Below are positions 24,607-31,270 of a DNA stretch of 32,000 bases, piece after piece. The stretch comes from Coprobacillaceae bacterium (GTDB lineage Bacteria > Bacillota_I > Bacilli_A > Erysipelotrichales > Coprobacillaceae). Position 1 is the stretch's first letter. Each line of letters begins with the position of its first letter. The stretch covers positions 300,001-332,000 of the forward strand of contig OY780959.1 of assembly GCA_963675915.1 (NCBI GenBank), read 5' to 3'. Under the pieces are notes generated by a model, which did no database searches, was not told where the DNA came from, and saw nothing but the letters and a program-made list of their open reading frames with translations. The position numbers and the translations under genes are program-made.

Positions 24607-25029
24607 CTAGTCCTTGCGGTAAATTGCTTTGTTTGTCGGGGTTTCATAAACCGCCACTTCGTAGATATCAAGCCCCTGAAGTTTGAATTGATTGAAAAAA
24701 TAATAAGCGAAGCATTCCGCAGTCGGGCGGAAATCCATGAATCGTATTTTGAAATTCTGGTTTTCCAGGGCGGTAACTGTTTCGGGATTGAGACTGCCTT
24801 TTTTGACAATCAGACTGTGGTCGAAATAGTCAATCTCTTTTCTGACAATTGCCTTGAGAGTGCCAAAGTCGATCAGCATCCCTTCTTCCTGGTCGCTGGT
24901 TTGGAGTTCGCTTCCACAAATGGTCGCTTCGATTTTCCATTGATGGCCATGAATGTTCTGGCATTTGCCTTGATAGCCGCTAAGAAAATGGGCGGCGTCC
25001 ATTGTATGTTCCACTGTCAAATAATACAT
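24607..25029 (-). CDS. queD: 6-carboxy-5,6,7,8-tetrahydropterin synthase QueD
   Basis: 'MDAAHFL...GKCQNIHGHQWKIE' (PTPS-family Zn-binding His residues and Cys). First gene behind the preQ1 riboswitch. Confidence 0.9.
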   Translation of the reverse strand: MYYLTVEHTMDAAHFLSGYQGKCQNIHGHQWKIEATICGSELQTSDQEEGMLIDFGTLKAIVRKEIDYFDHSLIVKKGSLNPETVTALENQNFKIRFMDFRPTAECFAYYFFNQFKLQGLDIYEVAVYETPTNKAIYRKD

Positions 25030-25071
25030 ATCATCATCGTGTTGAAACCAACACTTCCTCCTTAATAAATA

Positions 25072-25098
25072 TAAAAAAAGCAGACACCAGGCCTGCTT
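25072..25098 (-). terminator. Intrinsic terminator in the que leader (riboswitch expression platform)
   Basis: The minus strand reads 'agcaggcctggtgtctgct' (7-bp stem including one G-U, loop 'ctggt') followed by 'ttttttat'. It lies 45 nt upstream of the queD ATG. Confidence 0.7.
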
Positions 25099-25116
25099 TT
25101 CACGTACTTGAAAAAG

Positions 25117-25159
25117 CCCGAGTTTTGTTTAAAGACAGGATGGTGCGAATGAACTGTCT
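25117..25159 (-). promoter_or_regulatory. preQ1-I riboswitch aptamer
   Basis: The minus strand reads 'AGACAG UUCAUUCGCACCAUC CUGUCU UUAAACAAAACUCGGG'. That is a P1 hairpin whose loop opens with UUC, followed by an A-rich tail. It closely parallels the Bacillus and Thermoanaerobacter preQ1-I aptamers. It starts about 8 nt after a consensus-like promoter and precedes the que operon. Confidence 0.75.
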
Positions 25160-25167
25160 ACCTGAAT

Positions 25168-25196
25168 ATAATAACTTCCAACAACTGTCTTGTCAA
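25168..25196 (-). promoter_or_regulatory. Sigma-A-type promoter of the que operon (TTGACA-17-TATTAT)
   Basis: The minus strand reads 'ttgaca' (25196-25191), a 17-nt spacer, then 'tattat' (25173-25168). Confidence 0.65.
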
Positions 25197-25566
25197 GGAA
25201 ATGATTGATTTAACCGGGATATTTCCAGTCATGCCAGTCCTGATACCATAAGTTGCGGGTTAAGGCCCCCGCCTTTGAGAACCTGGGTGAAATCTTAATG
25301 AAAAATTAAGTATTCTTAAAAGAATGTTAATTGGATTTGGCAGGCCAAAGGAGTAAAGTATCAGGTGGATATTGGATTTCGACTGCAGGGCTATTTGGAA
25401 AACTGACCTTTCTTGAATGATCCTTGAAAGGGATACTGAATTTTCAAATGATTGACTGGGTTGGAAAACCGGATTCCTTGATTGAAGAGAGCTAACCGGA
25501 CGGGTATACATACCGTAATTGGGAAATGGTCATCTTAATCATAACAATAATCTTGGAGGAAACAAT

Positions 25567-27480
25567 ATGTGCGGATTATTATTCAATTATCAATTCAGCG
25601 GCATCAATGAATATGAAAAATATCTTGAAGCCTGCAAGAGTATCGGACATCGCGGCCCTGATGACAGCGGCGAGTTTCATGATGAGCTCGTGACGATGGT
25701 CTTTCGCCGGCTGAGCATCATCGATTTGGCCAATGGGCACCAGCCGATTGTCAAAGACAACCATGTCCTGATTTTCAATGGCGAAATCTATAATTATCAG
25801 ATGCTTAAACATGAACTCAGACAGAAAGGTTATCGATTCGAAAATGACAGTGATTCCCTGGTTTTGCTTGCGAGTCTGATTGAAGATGGTCAGGATGCAG
25901 TTGCCAAGTTGCGAGGAATGTACTCTTTTATCGATTACAACCAGATGGATGGGAGCGTCTTTGGCGCTCGGGATCCTTTTGGAATCAAACCGCTTTATTA
26001 TCTCGAACTTGATGACAATATCATCTTTGCCAGCGAGTACAAGTCTCTCGTTGGTTTTCTTGAACAACGGGCAGTCGACCATCATTCGCTGCAGAATTAT
26101 TTGTCTTTCCAGTATGTCTATGACAACAAGACCATGATTGAAAGCATCAAGGAGATTCCCCCGGGGTGTTGCTTCACCATCAAAGACAATGAACTCCGGA
26201 TTGAAAAATACTTCTATCCCGATTTCACCAAGCAAAGTCCAGTCGACGCCAACATGTTACGGCGGGTGGTGTCCGATTCAATCAAAAAACATCTCATCAG
26301 CGATGTCGAAGTGGGAGTCTATCTTTCAGGGGGAATCGATTCGACCATCGTTGCGGCAGTGGCGGCCGAAATCAATCCCCAGATAACTTCCTTCTCGGTC
26401 GGTTTTGGGGTCGATGGCTACGATGAATTGGAGTTGGCGGCCCAAACGGCCCAAGCGCTTAACATCAAGAACATCGCGGTTCATGTAAGTGAGGACGATT
26501 TCATCAAATCGCTGCCGGAAGTATGTTACCATCTCGATGATCCAATCGGTGACGCTTCAATCATCGGCCTTTATTTTCTGGCTCGGGAAACTGCCAAACA
26601 TGTCAAGGTTGTCCTCTCGGGAGAAGGCAGCGATGAGCTGTTTGGGGGCTATAATATCTATAAGGAATGCACCGATATCAAATACATCGCCCGGTTGCCG
26701 GAATTTGTCAAACGGCCGCTTCATGATCTGGCCCAAATCATGCCGCCAATCAAAGGCAAAAGCTATCTGATGCGGTCGACAACACCGCTCAAAGACCGCT
26801 ATATCGGAAATGCCAAAAGATTCGAAAACAGTGAAGCCAAAACGATTCTTAAAGACTATTCCAGCTCCAACTGTTATGCCCGGGAGCTGGAGAACCTTTA
26901 TGACTACACGATTAAAAACGGTTTTGACAGTGTGACGACGATGCAGTATATCGATATCAACAGCTGGCTGATCGGAGATATCCTCCAAAAAGCCGACAAG
27001 ATGTCAATGGCAGCTTCACTGGAACTTAGGGTGCCTTTTCTTGACAAGGAAGTGTTCAAAGTGGCATCGCAGCTGACCCTTGATCAAAAAATAAGCAAGA
27101 ACCAGACCAAAGTGCTGCTCCGTCAGGCTTTCAAAGATGAAATCCCGGCTGCGGTGGTCGAACGTAGAAAACTGGGTTTCCCGGTGCCTATCAACAAATG
27201 GTTGCACTCGAGGCTGGGCGACATTGTCGAAATGACCATCCTGAATGCCAATATCGATTATCTTATCGACAAACAAAAAATCCTCGATCTGCTCTTGCTT
27301 CACCAGACCACCAAACGGGACTGTTCCAAAAAAATCTGGACGGTGTTCATGTTTTCCTTGTGGCACCAGATCTACATTGAGAAGATCGATTTGACCCAAC
27401 TGGAAAAATTGTTTGAAACTTACCTGGTAAAACCGGTCAAAACGGGGGCAAAACCGATTTCCCATTCCAAGATGTCGTAA
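25567..27480 (+). CDS. asnB: Asparagine synthetase B-type (glutamine-hydrolysing) amidotransferase
   Basis: Ntn nucleophile 'MCG' at the chosen ATG at 25567 (SD 'ggagga'). PP-loop 'SGGIDST'. 'LSGEGSDELFGGY'. The track start at 25519 is rejected because Cys must be residue 2. Confidence 0.92.
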   Translation: MCGLLFNYQFSGINEYEKYLEACKSIGHRGPDDSGEFHDELVTMVFRRLSIIDLANGHQPIVKDNHVLIFNGEIYNYQMLKHELRQKGYRFENDSDSLVLLASLIEDGQDAVAKLRGMYSFIDYNQMDGSVFGARDPFGIKPLYYLELDDNIIFASEYKSLVGFLEQRAVDHHSLQNYLSFQYVYDNKTMIESIKEIPPGCCFTIKDNELRIEKYFYPDFTKQSPVDANMLRRVVSDSIKKHLISDVEVGVYLSGGIDSTIVAAVAAEINPQITSFSVGFGVDGYDELELAAQTAQALNIKNIAVHVSEDDFIKSLPEVCYHLDDPIGDASIIGLYFLARETAKHVKVVLSGEGSDELFGGYNIYKECTDIKYIARLPEFVKRPLHDLAQIMPPIKGKSYLMRSTTPLKDRYIGNAKRFENSEAKTILKDYSSSNCYARELENLYDYTIKNGFDSVTTMQYIDINSWLIGDILQKADKMSMAASLELRVPFLDKEVFKVASQLTLDQKISKNQTKVLLRQAFKDEIPAAVVERRKLGFPVPINKWLHSRLGDIVEMTILNANIDYLIDKQKILDLLLLHQTTKRDCSKKIWTVFMFSLWHQIYIEKIDLTQLEKLFETYLVKPVKTGAKPISHSKMS

Positions 27481-27496
27481 TGACATCTTTTTTTAA
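27469..27496 (+). terminator. Intrinsic terminator of asnB
   Basis: 'aagatgtc' gtaat 'gacatctt' followed by 'ttttt'. The stop codon lies in the loop. Confidence 0.8.
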
Positions 27497-27545
27497 AATC
27501 TGAATATTTCTTCACACCTGTTTGGCTATTAATCGAATAAATTGT

Positions 27546-27574
27546 TTGAAAATGTAATGATTTAATGGTATCAT
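27546..27574 (+). promoter_or_regulatory. Sigma-A-type promoter for gpmI (TTGAAA-17-TATCAT)
   Basis: 'ttgaaa' at 27546-27551, 17-nt spacer, 'tatcat' at 27569-27574. Confidence 0.45.
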
Positions 27575-27601
27575 TTACTAGAAAAAATGGAGGATTAATA
27601 A

Positions 27602-29119
27602 ATGAAGAAACGACCTATAGTATTATGTATCATGGATGGTTACGGTTTGACTGACAAACTTGAAGGAAATGCAGTTAAATTAGCTAACACTCCTAACTTG
27701 GATGATTTGATGGCTATCTACCCAACTACTACAATTTCAGCAAGCGGGAATGCAGTTGGATTACCAGAAGGTCAAATGGGAAATTCAGAAGTTGGACATT
27801 TAAACCTTGGTGCTGGTAGAATTGTTTACCAATCACTTACATTAATAAATAAATCAATCAAAGATGATGAATTCAGCAAAAACGAAAAATTCCAAGCAGC
27901 GTTCCAAAATGCCAAAGACAAAGGAACTGCATTGCACGTAATGGGATTGCTTTCTGATGGTGGGGTTCACTCATTCAACGGACATATCTATGCTTTATTG
28001 CAAGCGGCTAAAGACTTCGGTCTTGAAGAAGTTTACGTTCATGCCTTCCTTGACGGACGTGACGTTGCTCCTGATTCAGGTGCATCATTCGTTGCTGAAT
28101 TGGTGGAAAAAATGGCTGAAATCGGAGTTGGTAAATTGGCTTCAATTTCAGGACGTTACTATGCAATGGACCGTGACAAACGTTTTGAACGGGTTGAACT
28201 GGCTTTCAATGCAATGGTTAACCAAGAAGGTGAAACATTCACTGATGGTGTTGAATATGTAAAATCTTCATACGCTAAAGAAGTATATGATGAATTCGTG
28301 ATTCCAGCTTACAACACTGAAGTTGCCGGAAGCATCAAAGCTAACGATTCAGTAATCTTCGCTAACTTCAGACCTGACCGCGCGATCCAAATCGCAACTG
28401 TTCTGACTAATCCGACAGCTTACGAATATGAATATAAAAACGCTCCGGAAAACCTGACTTTCGTCTGCATGATGAAATACGCGGATACAGTTAAAGGTGA
28501 AATCGCCTTCGCACTTCCAACTTTGACAAATACTTTGGGAGATTACCTGTCTGAAAAAGGATTGAAACAATTACGTATCGCTGAAACTGAAAAATATGCC
28601 CATGTTACATTCTTCTTCGACGGTGGTGTCGATAAAGAAATCGAAGGTTCGACAAGAGTATTGGTTAACTCACCAAAAGTTGCAACTTATGACCTGCAAC
28701 CGGAAATGTCAGCTTACGAAGTAACTGAAAAACTTTTAGAAGAACTTGATAAAGATATCCATGACGTAGTCATCGTTAACTTCGCTAACTGTGACATGGT
28801 CGGACATACAGGAATCGTTCCTGCAGCCATCAAAGCGGTAAGCGTTGTTGATGAATGTGTCGGACGTGTTTATGACAAAGTTGCTGAATTACACGGAACT
28901 ATGCTGATCACAGCTGACCACGGTAACTCAGAAACATTATTGGATGATGACAACAACCCATTCACTGCTCATACTTCGAACATTGTTCCTTTGATCGTTA
29001 CCAACACTCACCTGGAACTTAAAGAAGGCGGAAAATTAGGTGACTTGGCTCCGACAATGCTGCAATTGTTGGGAGTTGCGATTCCAGCTGAAATGACAGG
29101 AGAATCATTATTAAAATAA
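27602..29119 (+). CDS. gpmI: 2,3-bisphosphoglycerate-independent phosphoglycerate mutase
   Basis: 'VLCIMDGYG', 'NSEVGHLNLGAGR', 'TADHGN'. 505 aa. SD 'ggagga'. Codon usage visibly biased toward A/T-ending codons, as expected for a highly expressed gene. Confidence 0.95.
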   Translation: MKKRPIVLCIMDGYGLTDKLEGNAVKLANTPNLDDLMAIYPTTTISASGNAVGLPEGQMGNSEVGHLNLGAGRIVYQSLTLINKSIKDDEFSKNEKFQAAFQNAKDKGTALHVMGLLSDGGVHSFNGHIYALLQAAKDFGLEEVYVHAFLDGRDVAPDSGASFVAELVEKMAEIGVGKLASISGRYYAMDRDKRFERVELAFNAMVNQEGETFTDGVEYVKSSYAKEVYDEFVIPAYNTEVAGSIKANDSVIFANFRPDRAIQIATVLTNPTAYEYEYKNAPENLTFVCMMKYADTVKGEIAFALPTLTNTLGDYLSEKGLKQLRIAETEKYAHVTFFFDGGVDKEIEGSTRVLVNSPKVATYDLQPEMSAYEVTEKLLEELDKDIHDVVIVNFANCDMVGHTGIVPAAIKAVSVVDECVGRVYDKVAELHGTMLITADHGNSETLLDDDNNPFTAHTSNIVPLIVTNTHLELKEGGKLGDLAPTMLQLLGVAIPAEMTGESLLK

Positions 29120-29622
29120 AATTAACGGTATTCCTGCTGGGAGTATTGTTGATCTTGAGTGGATGTCAAAAGACATCCACTATTCATATAGAGAAAAATA
29201 ACGATTTATCAGGAATTATCGAAGTTGATTACAATGAGTTGATTTCATTGCGGGAAGACGGTCAGCCGTTTGTCCTGCTGATTGGCCGTCCTAGTTGTCA
29301 GGACTGTCGCGAATTCTATCCGATTGTCGATTCCTACCTGGATGACAATCCCGGAGTATACATTTATTACTTCAATATTCAAAGCTACTACGACAAGGCC
29401 AAACTTGATGACGAAGGCCATATCACCTTCGACAGTCTCAAGGCGAATTTTGAATTCAGCTGGGTTCCGACCCTGGAACTCATCGCCAATGACGAGATCG
29501 TAAGCCAGTACACTTATCTTTCCAAGGAATATTATCAATTGGAAGATAAACAAGAAAGGGAAACACAAAAACAACAGTATGTTCAGGAATTCCAGGACTG
29601 GATTGCTGACATCTTTAAGTAG
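29110..29622 (+). CDS. Thioredoxin-fold (CxxC) lipoprotein; start codon uncertain (probably non-canonical ATT/ATA)
   Basis: The frame is open from 29092. 'KIKLTVFLLGVLLILSGC' is a textbook lipoprotein signal with lipobox LSGC. 'GRPSCQDCREF' is a CxxC motif. The only canonical start (TTG at 29146) leaves 6 residues before the Cys. SD 'aggaga' is at 29098-29103. Confidence 0.7.
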   Translation: MKIKLTVFLLGVLLILSGCQKTSTIHIEKNNDLSGIIEVDYNELISLREDGQPFVLLIGRPSCQDCREFYPIVDSYLDDNPGVYIYYFNIQSYYDKAKLDDEGHITFDSLKANFEFSWVPTLELIANDEIVSQYTYLSKEYYQLEDKQERETQKQQYVQEFQDWIADIFK

Positions 29623-29627
29623 GTGAA

Positions 29628-30503
29628 ATGATGAAGAAATGTCCTAGATGTCATAAAGACATTCCTAATGGTGTCGATAAATGTCCCTATTGCGGATATA
29701 AATTAGGATATGGAGAAGAGAATAAGAAAAACGGGGGCAATTTCCAACCGCCACCACCTAAACGAAGCTTGTTAAGAAGGATTATTTATTATTCGTTGAT
29801 TGCCGGATTGTTTTTCGGACCGCGTTTTTACAACGCCTATACCAATGAAGACACGGCGGCAACGGCAGCTCACAGCGTCAGTCAATTTGGTGAAGACCAG
29901 ATTCCCATCGCTATGTATTCAAGCGTAGCCGATTATCTGGTTGACTATCCTGACAGTGAAATCGTGACTAAAATCGCGGCTTTTGAAAATGACTTTTACA
30001 ATGTCACTTCCACGCTGGGTTCCAGTCCGTTTGCGACAACCTATCAATACATCATCACCAATACCGGTGATGTTTATGTCAACGGGAAATACCGCTTTGA
30101 GATCCGGGGCGAGGATATCCAAGTGGTTGCCAATTTCAATACGTATGACAATCGCCACCAGGTGAATATCAATTTCACCCGCTTTGGACTTGATGATTTT
30201 GCCAAGCTGAGTCTGGCTGTGGCAGATTACAGTGAATTCTATGAAATCACGGACTATCTGGGCAATTTCGCCGCACCGCTTTATCAAGAAGCAGAGGTGG
30301 AGTTTGATGAAATCTTGAGTGCCAGTGAGGCGGACGAGTTCATCGGTCACTACGGTCGCGGGGTTACCCTTCACAACAATGGTTCGACCTTGAAGGTTTA
30401 TTATGGCAGTGACACCCTGACCAGTCAGGATGATGCACTTCGCTATTTCCAGAATCTTGAATTCGATTCAATCCTTAAAGAAGGACTCGTTGAGACTTTA
30501 TGA
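29628..30503 (+). CDS. Zinc-ribbon / single-TM protein with uncharacterised extracytoplasmic domain
   Basis: 'CPRCHKDIPNGVDKCPYCG' ribbon, a Pro-rich linker, the TM 'IIYYSLIAGLFFG', then about 220 aa with no family I recognise. SD 'aggtga'. Confidence 0.7.
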   Translation: MMKKCPRCHKDIPNGVDKCPYCGYKLGYGEENKKNGGNFQPPPPKRSLLRRIIYYSLIAGLFFGPRFYNAYTNEDTAATAAHSVSQFGEDQIPIAMYSSVADYLVDYPDSEIVTKIAAFENDFYNVTSTLGSSPFATTYQYIITNTGDVYVNGKYRFEIRGEDIQVVANFNTYDNRHQVNINFTRFGLDDFAKLSLAVADYSEFYEITDYLGNFAAPLYQEAEVEFDEILSASEADEFIGHYGRGVTLHNNGSTLKVYYGSDTLTSQDDALRYFQNLEFDSILKEGLVETL

Positions 30504-31267
30504 TAAGAAAAATCATTTTTAGCGATCTTGACGGGACCCTGGTTGAGAAGAATGATTTGATTGAACCGGAAATCGGGATGCTGATTGAAGAGTTCCGCAA
30601 GGAAAATATCTTTGTCATCAACACCGGTCGCAATATCGACGAAGCCTTTGACAACATCGTCAAACTGGGAATCGGTTTTGATTATATGATTCTCAACAAT
30701 GGAGGTCATATCATCGACAGTCAAAAAAAAGATGTCATCAAACGGGAAATCAATCGGGATACGGCGAAAAAAGTCATGGCTACGCTCAAAGCGCGCGCTG
30801 GTCTCAACATTACTTTCTACAATGGGGCGAAGACCTATTTGCAGGAAGCGGGATTAACCAAAGTTCTGACCGAATCCGGTTTTGTTGCCAGTGATGAGGA
30901 TTTTGATGCTGTTTTCGAGCAGTCTGCGACCTTTGACATCATTTGTGCCTATCAAACTGATGGTCGGATTGATGAGCTTAAACTCATCATCGAAGAACTC
31001 GAACAACTCGATGTCACCTGCAATCTCAACGATATCTATCTCGATATATCACCGGAGGGATCAACCAAGGGCAACGGCGCTAGCTATCTCCTGGAGTATC
31101 TGGATTTCCAGGGCATCAGCTATGGCATCGGGGATTCCTATAATGATGTGTCAATGTTCAGGGAAGTCGACTGTGGCGTCACCTTCAAACATTGCCTTAA
31201 AGAAATAAAAGCTGAAGCTGACCTGGTTGTTGCCAGTGTCGGTGAATTGATAAAGAAAGTGGGATGA
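30500..31267 (+). CDS. Cof-type HAD-IIB phosphatase (second copy of the family in this window)
   Basis: 'IIFSDLDGTLV' and 'GDSYNDVSMF'. ATGA overlap with the preceding gene. Confidence 0.85.
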   Translation: MIRKIIFSDLDGTLVEKNDLIEPEIGMLIEEFRKENIFVINTGRNIDEAFDNIVKLGIGFDYMILNNGGHIIDSQKKDVIKREINRDTAKKVMATLKARAGLNITFYNGAKTYLQEAGLTKVLTESGFVASDEDFDAVFEQSATFDIICAYQTDGRIDELKLIIEELEQLDVTCNLNDIYLDISPEGSTKGNGASYLLEYLDFQGISYGIGDSYNDVSMFREVDCGVTFKHCLKEIKAEADLVVASVGELIKKVG

Positions 31268-31270
31268 AAA

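Noticed and set aside
25278-25296. 'GAGAACCTGGGTGAAATC' resembles the GGGAA...GGTGAAA...TCC core of cobalamin riboswitches and the GGGGUGAAUC block of ydaO.
   Set aside because: The flanking helix is absent (CCTGG has no downstream CCAGG). No B12 box and no CCCGAA or ACGGGG blocks are present. The 'AGCTAACC' at about 25490 is some 200 nt away. The gene context (asnB) does not fit either ligand.
25260-25511. 83-aa minus-strand ORF inside the asnB upstream region.
   Set aside because: No SD precedes its ATG. The translation is Ser/Leu/Pro/Gln-rich low complexity with no family resemblance. It would read into the que promoter. It is more likely non-coding.
25197-25566. T-box (tRNA-Asn) leader upstream of asnB.
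   Set aside because: The length and context fit, but I cannot find the T-box core (AAnnnGGGUGGnACCGCG). The nearest match, 'GGGTTGGAAAACCGG', has insertions, and its UGGA bulge would not match the G73 discriminator expected for tRNA-Asn. There is no Stem I with an AG bulge and distal loop closed by a helix. There is no terminator before the asnB SD.
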